Positions 8,431 to 18,698 of a DNA stretch of 62,317 nucleotides are shown in pieces. Under the pieces are notes generated by a model that was not told the DNA's origin, searched no databases, and saw only the letters and a list, made by a program, of their open reading frames with translations. The position numbers were made by a program, and so were the translations under genes. The stretch comes from an uncultured Candidatus Saccharibacteria bacterium (GTDB lineage: Bacteria > Patescibacteriota > Minisyncoccia > Phycocordibacterales > WO2-35-19), in NCBI GenBank assembly GCA_964392285.1, contig CAYMOW010000003.1:1-62317 (forward strand), given 5' to 3'. The number at the start of each line of letters is the position of its first letter. Position 1 is the first letter of the stretch.

Positions 8431-11082
8431 TTAGCGCATTTTGCCCTTTCTGGCAAAAAACTTTCTGATCTCTTCGCCAATAATTATAGTTGAAGCAACC
8501 AACAAAACCAAAAGCCAATCCCTAAACCCAAGCGGAGTTGTATTCAAAAGATTCTGCATAAACGGATGGTAAAGAGCAAAAATTTGAGCCAAAATCGCAC
8601 CCAAAAGTCCAAGGATCAGAAAACGATTGGAAAAAGGTTTGACAAAGATAGACTCCTTATCCGTTCTACAATTCCAAGCATTGAACCATTGGAACACGGC
8701 AAGAACCGTCAAGACCAAGGACGAAGCAACGATGCCCCGCTCTTGGTTGGCGGAAAAAACCAACAAAGAACCAACCATCATAATGCTACTCATAAAAATC
8801 GAACGATAAATTTTTGGACGGTCAAAAATTATACCGCTCGATCTTTTGGTCTTTTTCAGATCGACATTGGGCTCAAAAGCCAGTGGCACAACCATAAAAC
8901 CGTCAGTTACCAGATTAAGCCAGAGTATCTGGGTCGGGAAAATCGGCAAAGGCAGACCGATAAGTAACGCCCCAAAAATAGTAAAAAATTGTCCAATACT
9001 AGTAGAGATCAAATAAAGGACAACTTTTTTGATCGTTGCATAAATCGATCGGCCCTCTTCGATGGCCGCAACAATACTTTTGAAATTATTATCAAGCAAG
9101 ATCAGGTCGGCAGCTTCCTTGGCAACATCGGTACCGCCCAAACCCATCGCTATTCCAAGATGTGCCGATTTTAGCGACAAAGCGTCGTTGACTCCATCAC
9201 CCGTCATTCCTATAATCTCGCCTCGAGATTTATAAGCTTCGACAATTTTGAGTTTGTGTTCGGGCAAAACCCGCCCAAAAACTGAAACTCTATTTATATC
9301 AAAACGATTTGGATCAAAACCTCCGCTTAGTTCTGCCCCCGAAACAATCGAGTCACCCTCATTAAAGATGCCGGCCTTTCTGGCTATGGCTTCGGCTGTG
9401 CCAAGATGATCACCGGTTATCATCACTGTCCTGACCCCGTTCTCTCTGGCCAAGCCAATCGCCCCGACAACTTCCTCTCGCAAAACATCCGCCATACCAC
9501 AAATACCAGCCAAACAAAGACCTGACAAATTTTTTACATCAATATTGGAATTACTAGTTTCTAGAAAAGCAAAAGCAATAATCCGCAAACCTTCTTTTGA
9601 AAATTTTTCAATCAGCGCAACAAACCTCTCTTTATATTCAGAATTTATTTCTCTGATTCCAGATTCGGATAAAAACTTATCACAAATCAACATAAGACTT
9701 TCTGGTTCGCCCACAATTGAAAGTCGAAAGCCACTACCAATTTTCTGCAAAATAGCATTGAATTTTTTGTCATAACTAAATGGTTCTTCAAAAACGGCTG
9801 GCTCTTCCGATAGAATTATTTCTTTTTCAAAACCCAATTTTTGACCAAAAACCGCCAGCGCCGCTTCGGTTGGATCGCCATTTACCCGAGCCTCACCATT
9901 CTCTAAAAATTTTATTGAAGCATTACTAGCCAAAGCAGACATTTTGGCCAAACTCAAAAGTTCTGGGTGGTTGGCGCCTTCGACAACTGATTCATTGACA
10001 TAAATATCGCCCTTGGGGATATAACCACTACCACCTATCGAAAATTCCTTGCCCGCTGTAAAAACTTTTTGGATCGTTAACTCATTTTTGGTGATGGTGC
10101 CCGTTTTATCTACAGCAATCACACTGGCCTGGCCCAAAGCCTCGACCGCCTGCATATTTTTGACCAAAGCATTGCGTTTGGCCATACGGTGCACTCCTTT
10201 TGCCAAAATCAAGGTTATAACCACCGGCAAACCTTCCGGAATAAGACAGACAGCGATAGCCGTGGCAGTAAAAAAGACCTCTCTCAATTCTATCCCTCTC
10301 AAATACCCGATCATAATCACGGCCAAGACAGCCACCAAAACAGCAACACCAATAGATCTCGACAGGTTTTTTATCTTTTCTTTGAGCGGCACCTCGGATT
10401 CGATCCCCGATAACTTGTCAGAAATCGAGCCAATAAAAGTCTGCCCACCGATTGCGGCAACAACCGCTCTGGCTTCTCCAGCAACCACAAGAGTGCCTTT
10501 GTAGAGCATATTAGTTCGATCAGGCATTGGCGTTTCTAGTGGCAAAATGCCTACATTTTTGGTCACCGGTTCGGATTCGCCAGTCAAGGCCGATTCATCG
10601 ACTTTAAGATTTTGGGCCAACAGAATCCGGCCATCAGCTGGAACCTTATCGCCCATTCGCAGAAAAATTATATCCCCCAAAGTTACAAACTCATCATCAA
10701 TTTCCTCCTCTAGACCATCTCGCAAAACTACAGCCCGACCCTTAGAAAAGTCTTTGAGCGCCCGCATCGTAGCTTGAGCCCGACCCTCTTGGATTGTGCC
10801 AATAATCGCATTTACTACCAAAATAAAACAAATAATAAAACCGTCTGAAATCTCACCGAGCATAACCGCAACTCCAGTAGCCAAAAGCAAAACATAGATG
10901 AGCGGGCTTTGAAATTGTCTGGCAAAAATCAAAAACAAACTATCAGACTCTTTTTCAGAAAGAGTATTTGGACCATTTTCTTTAAATCTTTTGGAAGCCT
11001 CGGCTGCACTCAAACCAGATTCATTTGAATCCAAATTTTCCAAAACCTCACGTTCTGTCAGATTGTGCACGTTGATCATCAA
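8431..11082 (-). CDS. Cation-translocating P-type ATPase (P2, Ca2+/Mg2+-ATPase-like)
   Basis: Motifs present: TGES, the phosphorylation site DKTGTITKN, TGDHLGTAEAIA and GDGVNDALSLK. There are about 10 hydrophobic segments. Its start overlaps the GH15 stop by 4 nt. Confidence 0.9.
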   Translation of the reverse strand: MMINVHNLTEREVLENLDSNESGLSAAEASKRFKENGPNTLSEKESDSLFLIFARQFQSPLIYVLLLATGVAVMLGEISDGFIICFILVVNAIIGTIQEGRAQATMRALKDFSKGRAVVLRDGLEEEIDDEFVTLGDIIFLRMGDKVPADGRILLAQNLKVDESALTGESEPVTKNVGILPLETPMPDRTNMLYKGTLVVAGEARAVVAAIGGQTFIGSISDKLSGIESEVPLKEKIKNLSRSIGVAVLVAVLAVIMIGYLRGIELREVFFTATAIAVCLIPEGLPVVITLILAKGVHRMAKRNALVKNMQAVEALGQASVIAVDKTGTITKNELTIQKVFTAGKEFSIGGSGYIPKGDIYVNESVVEGANHPELLSLAKMSALASNASIKFLENGEARVNGDPTEAALAVFGQKLGFEKEIILSEEPAVFEEPFSYDKKFNAILQKIGSGFRLSIVGEPESLMLICDKFLSESGIREINSEYKERFVALIEKFSKEGLRIIAFAFLETSNSNIDVKNLSGLCLAGICGMADVLREEVVGAIGLARENGVRTVMITGDHLGTAEAIARKAGIFNEGDSIVSGAELSGGFDPNRFDINRVSVFGRVLPEHKLKIVEAYKSRGEIIGMTGDGVNDALSLKSAHLGIAMGLGGTDVAKEAADLILLDNNFKSIVAAIEEGRSIYATIKKVVLYLISTSIGQFFTIFGALLIGLPLPIFPTQILWLNLVTDGFMVVPLAFEPNVDLKKTKRSSGIIFDRPKIYRSIFMSSIMMVGSLLVFSANQERGIVASSLVLTVLAVFQWFNAWNCRTDKESIFVKPFSNRFLILGLLGAILAQIFALYHPFMQNLLNTTPLGFRDWLLVLLVASTIIIGEEIRKFFARKGKMR

Positions 11083-13031
11083 CTTTTCAGAGTGTTTATT
11101 TTTTCGTTAATTTCAAGAATAGTTCGAACAAACTCGCTGTGGCTCCAAACAAGTGGCGTGGCCGAAAGTGGCCGGCCGGTTTCTGGATCGAGCTGTTCGG
11201 ACAACATATCAAAATAAGCAAAGCGAGAGACCCATTTTAGATTTTCGACGACTTTGGCCAGCTCAGCAAGAGAACGCGCCCTGACCACCTCGTATTGCAA
11301 AGCCCAAAGCGAAGTTACAAACCACGGATTACCGGTCGCACTGGCCACAGACTTACAATACAAGTCGCCCTCGTAACGAGCAAGACCACCAATCTTTATA
11401 CCCGAAGAAAGCTTTTGCTTTACAAGCTCAAAGCTTTGGGCCAAGCGCGGATCATCCGGAGCAAAAACCCCAAATCGAAATGAGGCATAAAAGGCGCTCA
11501 TATCCAACCTTTTTTGTTTGGTCATCAGCCCATCCTTTTCGACAATCTCTTCGAAAGACTTGTCTTCTTCATTCCAAAGTTCTTTCAGAAGCGCCTTTCT
11601 AAAATTTTCGGCCTCAGCAAAAAAGAGTCGGGCTTCTTCATCTTTGCCCAAAGTTTTGGCAAAACGCCCAGCCGAGGCAAGGGCCGCCGAAACAAGAGCA
11701 ACGGTAAAGGGCGAAACACCATAGCGCTCCTCCCAGAGATCATAGCTCGGCAAAGGCAGACCCGTCTTCTGATCGCGATAGCGTATCAAAAATTCGGCCG
11801 AGCGTTTGATCAAGCCATTATAAAGACCCTCGATAAATTCCAAATCTTTGGCTCGAATATAATGTTCCCAAAGACCTAGGAGCAAAACTGCCGTTTCGTC
11901 TTCTTGGATCGCCAATTGTCTTTTGCCATCTTTGACCCACGGGTGCCAAGAACTACCCAGAGAACGGTCGGGCTGGTATTTGTGTAGCACATAACCCTCT
12001 TCGGTCAAGACTTTGCTTGCAAAATCATAGAATCGGCGCGAGAGGTCAAAGAAGCCGGCCTGATCGAAGGCAAGCGCGGTAAAACAAGCATCTCTTGGCC
12101 AAACATAAGTATAGGTATCGCCCCCATATTGGACATTGCCTGAATCGCTCGAGGCTAAGATTCCGCCCCGATTGTCGCTGTGCGCGCGCATCACCAAAAG
12201 CGAAGCGTAAAAAAGTTTGAGAATTTCGGGCGAGAAAAAGCTAGTCTCCAACTCAACTTGGCTGGTCCAAGCGCGCCAAAAATCTTGAGTCGACTCGAGC
12301 AAATGTTCGGGTGTCTTTTCAAAAATATAGCTCAAAAGTTCGACCACCTCGCGATAAGTTTGACCAGCTGCAATCCAATGGAAAACCGTCATCGTGCCCG
12401 AAGGTGCCACTACCCGCCCCCAACCAATGACCGAATCGACAATGCCGTGCTCGATTGGATTTTTGGACAGCACCCCATCTTCGGCGTCTTTCCAAGTCCC
12501 CTCCTTGCCTTCGATCCCGCAAAAGCCGATCGAATAATCATCGAAGGTGCGGTTCTCGCAAAGTCCACCGACCAAAAAAACCCTTCGCCCCTTGTAATGG
12601 ATGATTGATTCGATCGTGCTCGAAAAGTAGGCCGTGTCGGCATGATTGGTATCGGCAATCTTGAACTCTTGATTAAAGAAAATTTTGATCTCCCTCGATT
12701 CTGAAGCCTGATTCTTGACCAAAACCTTGCGCAGAAAAATGTCTTTTTCGTTATAAACAATTGCATCGATCTCAAGGGTGATCTGCAAACTCTGATTGGT
12801 AACCAAGGTCTTTGCAACCATCGATCGATCGAGATACTCGGTTCGCGATTGCCACTCGCTCTCGCCAAGCCAACTCAAACGGCCGTCGACAAAGACGCCA
12901 ATTTTGTGCAATTGGTTTTGGCCAATGTGATTTTCTTGGCCGGCATAAGGAAAATAAAAATCGCGAAGCTGTCCAAAGCTGTCGAGACCGCAAAGAGTAT
13001 TACCATTGCCCAAAACCGAAGCGCGCGCCAT
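11079..13031 (-). CDS. Glycoside hydrolase family 15 (glucoamylase/glucodextranase-related)
   Basis: The 650-aa product has an N-terminal beta-sandwich-type region (GNGNTLCGLDSFGQLRDFYFPY). Its (alpha/alpha)6 part contains the YTYVWPRDA motif typical of archaeal/bacterial GH15. Confidence 0.8.
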   Translation of the reverse strand: MARASVLGNGNTLCGLDSFGQLRDFYFPYAGQENHIGQNQLHKIGVFVDGRLSWLGESEWQSRTEYLDRSMVAKTLVTNQSLQITLEIDAIVYNEKDIFLRKVLVKNQASESREIKIFFNQEFKIADTNHADTAYFSSTIESIIHYKGRRVFLVGGLCENRTFDDYSIGFCGIEGKEGTWKDAEDGVLSKNPIEHGIVDSVIGWGRVVAPSGTMTVFHWIAAGQTYREVVELLSYIFEKTPEHLLESTQDFWRAWTSQVELETSFFSPEILKLFYASLLVMRAHSDNRGGILASSDSGNVQYGGDTYTYVWPRDACFTALAFDQAGFFDLSRRFYDFASKVLTEEGYVLHKYQPDRSLGSSWHPWVKDGKRQLAIQEDETAVLLLGLWEHYIRAKDLEFIEGLYNGLIKRSAEFLIRYRDQKTGLPLPSYDLWEERYGVSPFTVALVSAALASAGRFAKTLGKDEEARLFFAEAENFRKALLKELWNEEDKSFEEIVEKDGLMTKQKRLDMSAFYASFRFGVFAPDDPRLAQSFELVKQKLSSGIKIGGLARYEGDLYCKSVASATGNPWFVTSLWALQYEVVRARSLAELAKVVENLKWVSRFAYFDMLSEQLDPETGRPLSATPLVWSHSEFVRTILEINEKINTLKS

Positions 13032-13082
13032 ATGTAAATTTTATCACACCTAACTCCCTAAATCTTTAATTTTTTGTGGAAG

Positions 13083-14348
13083 TCAGACTTCTGCTTCGCT
13101 AAACCTCAAAGGTTTGAGTTTGCGGATTGGCACACCGACGCTCTCGCGTTGTTTGGCTTCTTCAATGCGCAAACGCATATCGTGGAGCACATTCATATAT
13201 GCAATGTAGGCTTCGTGCGGAGTTTCGTAGGGCGAAAAATATTTGTGTACATCGCCATCGTTCCAAAATTTGGTGCACATATAATAAAAGTGATCACTAG
13301 TCTGCAAGCGACGCCAATCGTTCAAAAGCTCGGGGTCATCGATAAAAACCAGCTCTTGGCCAAGTTTGTAGACCGTTTCGAGCGCCTCTTTTTGGAGCTC
13401 GTTCGACATCCAGGCCGAGAGGTCGCGTTCCATATCGGCCCAAGAAATATGGTGTGGCACATCGAGCTCTGCAACCGGTTCATACCTATCGATTGCCTCG
13501 CTTGGAGTTACAAAGTTATTGTCGGGATTTTGCAAAATAACCTCGGGCAGGTATCTTAAAAATTCGAAAATCCCCGTGTCTTCCCACTGATGTTCGCCAA
13601 AAGTTTCGTAATCCATAAAAAGATTGACCGTTTGGCCGTTGCCATTATGAGCATTTACCCAATTGGCAAACTTATCTGCCGTGAGTGGCCATTCGTTCCA
13701 ACTTCTCTGACTAAAACGAAAGGCTATGTCGTCGGACAGCTTGTAGTGTTTGAGCAACAGCTTCATCTTGTCTGTTCCTTTTGGTGTATAGAGAAAAGTC
13801 GGACTACGCCACTCCAATATATGATCCGCCCCTTCAGCCAAGATACCCTTGTACCCCATTTTCTCTACCATTTTTGCGATATCGTTGTTGTAGATGAGCT
13901 CGGTGTTGCGAAAAACCGTCGGGCTGACACCAAAAAGTTCGCGCAATTTGCGCCGATGCAGTTTGACCTGATCAGTAAATTCTTCTTCAGAAAAAATCGA
14001 GGAAAGAGAATGGTGGTAGGTTTCGGACAAAAGCTCGACGTTGCCCGTATCGACAAGTGCCCGGAAAGAATCGATGACCTCGGGCGCATACTTTTCAAAC
14101 TGTTCAAGAGCAATACCCGAGATGGAGAAACTGGCTTTGAAGCGCGGGTCGCGTTTTATATTTTCGAGCAAGACCTGATTGGCCGGTAAATAACTTTTGC
14201 GAGCCACTTTTTCGATTATAAATTTGTTGTCCAAACTGGTGCCCGAATTGTCGCCAAAATAATCGCGATTTTGGCCAACATCAAAGACGCGATACTTGCG
14301 CACGCGCATAGGTTGATGCACTTGGAAATAAAAACAGACTGATGGCAC
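13083..14348 (-). CDS. Glycoside hydrolase family 57 (alpha-amylase / alpha-glucan-active enzyme)
   Basis: The N-terminus FYFQVHQPMRVRKY..., then ISGIALEQFEKYAPEV and LLSETYHHSL, match the GH57 catalytic-domain pattern as I remember it. Confidence 0.8.
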   Translation of the reverse strand: MPSVCFYFQVHQPMRVRKYRVFDVGQNRDYFGDNSGTSLDNKFIIEKVARKSYLPANQVLLENIKRDPRFKASFSISGIALEQFEKYAPEVIDSFRALVDTGNVELLSETYHHSLSSIFSEEEFTDQVKLHRRKLRELFGVSPTVFRNTELIYNNDIAKMVEKMGYKGILAEGADHILEWRSPTFLYTPKGTDKMKLLLKHYKLSDDIAFRFSQRSWNEWPLTADKFANWVNAHNGNGQTVNLFMDYETFGEHQWEDTGIFEFLRYLPEVILQNPDNNFVTPSEAIDRYEPVAELDVPHHISWADMERDLSAWMSNELQKEALETVYKLGQELVFIDDPELLNDWRRLQTSDHFYYMCTKFWNDGDVHKYFSPYETPHEAYIAYMNVLHDMRLRIEEAKQRESVGVPIRKLKPLRFSEAEV

Positions 14349-14386
14349 GTCTACATTTTAACACAAAGCAAATTATGCAAAACAAA

Positions 14387-15640
14387 TTATGTGGTAAACG
14401 CAAATTCTGGAACTAGAGTTTTATAGAGTCGGAGCAATGAATCAGCCGATTTATTCCAATTTATAGAACGAGCTTCCTTTTTGCCATTTATCTGCAAATG
14501 TTCTTTCAGCTTTTTGTGACGCAAAACACTCACCACCTTATCGGTCATATCGTCCACATCCCAAAAGTGCGATTTGAGAGCCGAAGAAACAACTTCGCTC
14601 ACACCCGATTCTTTGGAAATCAAAACCGGCGTATCAGAAAGCATCGCCTCCAAAGGCACGATACCAAAAGGCTCGGAAACCGAGGGCATAACAAAGACAT
14701 CTCCAGCTTTGTAGATTCGACGCAATTCTTCACCTCGCAAGAATCCGCAAAAAATAAAATGAGAAGCAAGCCCCCGTCTCGAAACTTCTTGAATCATGGC
14801 TTGTTCCATATCGCCACTACCAGAGACGACAAAAAAAGTTTTGGGTTCGAAGCGCAAAACTTTTTCAGCTAGGGCCACAAAGTAGTCTGGCCCTTTTTGT
14901 AAAGTTATCCGACCAACAAAGAGCACAATATTGGCACCATACTTCTTGAGCACTTCCAAATCTTCGGGCAAACGCGAATTATGTTCGGCAAATTCGACTC
15001 CATTGTGGACAACTTCGACTTTTTTTGGACTAACACCATATTTTTCTATAACCGTCTCTCTGGTTCGGCCAGAGACCGCCACCACCATATCAGCCTCTCG
15101 AAAACCTTGGCTTTCGATGGCAAAAATATTTTTGTTGACATTGCTACCTCCGCACCGATCAAATTCGGTTGCATGGATATGAGCCACCAGTGGTTTGCCT
15201 GAAGCTTTCTTGGCCTTGATACCAGCCGGATAAGTTAGCCAATCATGGGCGTGGATAATCGAATGTTCTACTTTTTCGGCAATAACTCCACCTCTTTGAC
15301 CATAAGCCAGAACCCTTTCAAAAATACCTTTGGGTAAACTTACAGACTTTTGACTACTCGAAACAGTCTTGACGCTCTGAAGCTCAACCTGGTGGCTTTG
15401 ATAACCCGAAGTCATTGCAATATGTTCTTCGGCTGTTTGAAAAACCGTATCCGTATCAGCAAACACAAACCGACACCAATTGGCTGTAAGTGGAATCTTG
15501 TAAGGTAGGACGAAGGTCAGATCTACACCCTTGGCACAAAGCGCCTTGCTCAAACCTTCGCAAGCCACCCCCAATCCCCCGCTGTTGTAGGGCGGAAATT
15601 CCCAACCAAACATCAAAACTTTTTGTTTATTCGGCTTCAC
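14387..15640 (-). CDS. Glycogen-synthase-like GT-B glycosyltransferase (GT4/GT5)
   Basis: The N-terminus is KVLMFGWEFPPYNSGGLGVACEGLSKAL. The C-terminal part carries the E-x7-E-type region (PSVSEPFGIVPLEAM). It lies adjacent to the GH57 and GH15 genes. Confidence 0.7.
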   Translation of the reverse strand: MKPNKQKVLMFGWEFPPYNSGGLGVACEGLSKALCAKGVDLTFVLPYKIPLTANWCRFVFADTDTVFQTAEEHIAMTSGYQSHQVELQSVKTVSSSQKSVSLPKGIFERVLAYGQRGGVIAEKVEHSIIHAHDWLTYPAGIKAKKASGKPLVAHIHATEFDRCGGSNVNKNIFAIESQGFREADMVVAVSGRTRETVIEKYGVSPKKVEVVHNGVEFAEHNSRLPEDLEVLKKYGANIVLFVGRITLQKGPDYFVALAEKVLRFEPKTFFVVSGSGDMEQAMIQEVSRRGLASHFIFCGFLRGEELRRIYKAGDVFVMPSVSEPFGIVPLEAMLSDTPVLISKESGVSEVVSSALKSHFWDVDDMTDKVVSVLRHKKLKEHLQINGKKEARSINWNKSADSLLRLYKTLVPEFAFTT

Positions 15641-16685
15641 TTTTTAAACTCTTTTGAAACGGCACAACAAAGGGATAGATCTTGGCGAGCGCCACCAAAG
15701 CACTGACAACCACCGGTCCAACCAAAAACCCAATCACCCCAAAAAACTCAACTCCGCCTAGGATAGAGAAAAGCACCAAAAGCGGATGAACCCTGATCCG
15801 ATCTTTGAAAAAGATAAAAGAAAGAATGTTGTCGATAAAGCCAACACACAAAGCGCTCCACAAAAGCAGGCCAATACCACTACCGATGTCACCGACAAAG
15901 AAAAGGTAGGCAATCGCCGGCACACTGACAATCGCCGTGCCAACAATCGGCACAAGCGAAAGTATTGCACCAACAAACCCCCACAAAACCGGACTACCCA
16001 CGCCGAAAATGGCGAAACCCAGACCAACCATCACGCCCTGACCGATAGAAACCAAAATCCTGCCTCTGATAACCGCATCAACCGAACGCCTTAGAGTCGA
16101 AATAAATTCTTGGTCATAGTCGTCGGGCAAAGGACTCCAACGCAAAATGATGCGCTTGATCTTTTCGCCTTGAATCAACATATAGTAGATCGTAAGTAGC
16201 ATCAGAATAAACTTGAAGAGGCCACCAAAGATAACGGCAAGCACATTGTCGGTCTGACCGATAATCCAACTCAAAAGCGATCGGCTGTATTGATCGACAT
16301 CGACTGTGGTACCTACATTTTCTTGGGGTAAGACGCTCTCGATTTTTAACAAAATGGTTTGAAAAAAGGAGGCAATACCGGCCGAGCCACCCTCAAAAGC
16401 TAGCTTGTTATAAAGATCGACAGCCTCACGCAAAATCCCGGCCGACAAAAAGGTAACGGGGATAATAATAAAGAGGACAATCGCCAAAACCGTCAGCATC
16501 GCCGAAAGATTTTTGCGACCCACAAATCGCCCAAGAAAATAAAGATAAAGCGGATGAAAAGTAATAGCCAAAACTGCCGAAAGGAAGATCACAGCGAGAA
16601 ATGGTTTGAATATAAAAAAGATCAACCCGACCAAAATCAAGCCGGCGATGATAAAAAAAGAAAGTTGGATCGTGCGATGAGACAT
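15627..16685 (-). CDS. AI-2E family (PerM/UPF0118) transporter
   Basis: The 352-aa polytopic protein has the typical length and hydrophobicity layout. The C-terminal GGVEFFGVIGFLVGPV block resembles the family. Confidence 0.7.
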   Translation of the reverse strand: MSHRTIQLSFFIIAGLILVGLIFFIFKPFLAVIFLSAVLAITFHPLYLYFLGRFVGRKNLSAMLTVLAIVLFIIIPVTFLSAGILREAVDLYNKLAFEGGSAGIASFFQTILLKIESVLPQENVGTTVDVDQYSRSLLSWIIGQTDNVLAVIFGGLFKFILMLLTIYYMLIQGEKIKRIILRWSPLPDDYDQEFISTLRRSVDAVIRGRILVSIGQGVMVGLGFAIFGVGSPVLWGFVGAILSLVPIVGTAIVSVPAIAYLFFVGDIGSGIGLLLWSALCVGFIDNILSFIFFKDRIRVHPLLVLFSILGGVEFFGVIGFLVGPVVVSALVALAKIYPFVVPFQKSLKSEAE

Positions 16686-16758
16686 AACGAAAGTAAGCCC
16701 AAGGCTTGGCCAAATTATAACATCAAATCACTTTAGAACCCAAGAGTCAGGTGGAAAA

Positions 16759-17394
16759 CTATTTGTATTTTTGGACTATTTTTGAACCGACAAAGAGGAC
16801 CACCGCAAGCGCGAGCCCATATAGCACATAATCGCCAATATGATCGATTGTTTGGGCGTATTTTTGATAGACATTGCCGACCTGCCAGCCGATCGCCCCG
16901 AGAATAATTCCCCGCACAAACATACCCAAGAAAGTTATAATCGCGTATTTGAGAACCGGCATCTCGATAAGGCCACACAGAGCCGAAATCGCGACCGAAG
17001 GCACCACCGGTATTATCCGGGCCACCCCTATGACCACCTCGTCCTTTCTGGTACCCGAGAGCCGAGTTTGCATCTTTTCGATATCACTCCAATAGAGGCC
17101 GATGTATTTGCCCCATTTTTCAATCACAAACCGACCACCAAACCTGACCACAAAATAAACAAAATACGAGCCGAGTGTAACCCCTAGAGCCGCCGGTAAT
17201 GCGACTTTGAAAATAAGTCCTCCGATTGAGCCCAGGTCGACCGGACCCGAGACAAACAAAAAGCCCGAGGTGGTCATAATAAGCGCAGAAGGGATCGGCG
17301 CTATAACCTCTTCGACTACCGACGCCACAAAGACCCCCGCCACCCCCCAGGGCAGCACATAAAGCTCCAAAAACGCAAGCAATGATTCAATCAT
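16759..17394 (-). CDS. DedA/VTT (SNARE-associated) family membrane protein
   Basis: The 211-aa product reads GVAGVFVASVVEEVIAPIPSALIMTTSGF... and RIIPVVPSVAISALCG, the DedA core pattern. Confidence 0.7.
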   Translation of the reverse strand: MIESLLAFLELYVLPWGVAGVFVASVVEEVIAPIPSALIMTTSGFLFVSGPVDLGSIGGLIFKVALPAALGVTLGSYFVYFVVRFGGRFVIEKWGKYIGLYWSDIEKMQTRLSGTRKDEVVIGVARIIPVVPSVAISALCGLIEMPVLKYAIITFLGMFVRGIILGAIGWQVGNVYQKYAQTIDHIGDYVLYGLALAVVLFVGSKIVQKYK

Positions 17395-17445
17395 TGCTCA
17401 ATTCTACCGAATTCCACCGCTAAATACAAAGCTAAATAACATATC

Positions 17446-17484
17446 CGATTATACACTTTTCCGCGGCCGCGGATTTTTGTATAA
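17446..17484. repeat. 39-bp exact dispersed repeat containing the 14-bp palindrome TCCGCGGCCGCGGA (copy 1)
   Basis: The sequence cgattatacacttttccgcggccgcggatttttgtataa is identical to 18699-18737. It lies 10 nt downstream of the CYTH gene stop. Confidence 0.95.
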
Positions 17485-17493
17485 TCAAAAAAA

Positions 17494-18036
17494 TTAGAAC
17501 TTCATATCGTACCAATCTAGACCATAGATTTCTTCTATCAAAATTCTCTCGCCCTTGGCCCAAGTGCGATTATTCTCCAAGCCGAGCAAGACAAGTGCTT
17601 CTTTAACATGCTCCTCGCTTTTACCCTCAACCTCAACAAAAGCCGGCATCCCCGGATACTCATCGATATCAAACTGCCAATCTTTATAAGTAAAAGATGT
17701 TCGATCTTTTTCTTGATGCGCATACCTTTCTAGACCGATTTCCTCAAAAAGATCGGCAAGCTTTGCTGGCTCGACGATATCAAAATTGATTTCTTTGTGT
17801 TTTCTTGCCGTGCCCATTATTTCCGACCTGGCTTTCCAAGTGACTTCATTTCTACCATCGGAATATGTCCTGATCCTCAAAAACCACTTTTCCTCACCCG
17901 ATTTTTCTCCCTTAAATCTAAACCAATCAACCACAAGCCGATTTTCGGCCAACTTTTCGGCCCCAAGATCAACTAGTTTGACCTTTATATCGGCAACGTC
18001 TATGTCCAAAACTTTTGTTTCTATTTCTTGGGCCAT
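17494..18036 (-). CDS. CYTH-domain protein (CyaB-type class IV adenylyl cyclase / triphosphate tunnel metalloenzyme)
   Basis: The N-terminal EIETKVL (ExExK) signature is present, the size is 180 aa, and there are alternating charged beta-strand motifs (FLRIRT, VTWKAR, FVEVEG). Confidence 0.8.
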   Translation of the reverse strand: MAQEIETKVLDIDVADIKVKLVDLGAEKLAENRLVVDWFRFKGEKSGEEKWFLRIRTYSDGRNEVTWKARSEIMGTARKHKEINFDIVEPAKLADLFEEIGLERYAHQEKDRTSFTYKDWQFDIDEYPGMPAFVEVEGKSEEHVKEALVLLGLENNRTWAKGERILIEEIYGLDWYDMKF

Positions 18037-18037
18037 A

Positions 18038-18475
18038 TTATTCGATTACATCTTTAATTTCGAAAGACACTTCTTTTAGCTCATTTTCTGGAGTAGTGGC
18101 CCGGCTACCCGGTCTGTAAAGAAACTTCCTTGGCTCATATTCATAAATACCCTCGTCCCCCTCCTTTCGAGGCACAATGTGTAAATGAAAATGCGGAACA
18201 GACTGACCAGCCATTTTGTTTACATTCCAAGCAATATTAAACCCCTCGGCTCCATACAGCTTGGTCAAAGCCTTTACTATCTTCATCCGCAAATCTTCAA
18301 TTGCCACTCTTTCCTCATTGGTTAAATCCTCATATTTAGCAACGCATCTTTTGGGCACCACCAAAGTATGCCCCGGAGTGATCGGGATATTGGTCAAAAA
18401 AGCCCAGGCGAGATCGTTTTCAACAATTTGTCTTTCTTTTATTTCCGGCAGTGTGCAGAATACGCATTCTTTCAT
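18038..18475 (-). CDS. HIT (histidine triad) family nucleotide hydrolase/transferase
   Basis: The histidine triad HFHLHIVPR is present, with N-terminal CVFCTL and PGHTLVVPKR. The stop lies 1 nt before the CYTH start. Confidence 0.9.
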   Translation of the reverse strand: MKECVFCTLPEIKERQIVENDLAWAFLTNIPITPGHTLVVPKRCVAKYEDLTNEERVAIEDLRMKIVKALTKLYGAEGFNIAWNVNKMAGQSVPHFHLHIVPRKEGDEGIYEYEPRKFLYRPGSRATTPENELKEVSFEIKDVIE

Positions 18476-18698
18476 ATCGTAATATTATCATAGATAAAAT
18501 TCTGAGTGACCGACTATCTCTCTTACATAAATATCCAAATTTTTCAAAAAAATCTTCACCCCGACCTGCAATTTCATTTCATTCATAGGTTTTCTTTAAT
18601 TTTATAACCATTGGCTATACAACCAGTGTAGTAAAAATTCGGGTAAAAAGAAAGCAGGCTCGGGTCTTTCACACAGGTTGAGCCTGTGTAGTAATTAA

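Noticed and set aside
8418-8480. 21-codon N-terminal extension of gatB from a TTG start
   Set aside because: It would overlap the 3' end of the P-type ATPase gene. ATG 8417 gives the canonical MPEYKL...GLEVH GatB N-terminus.
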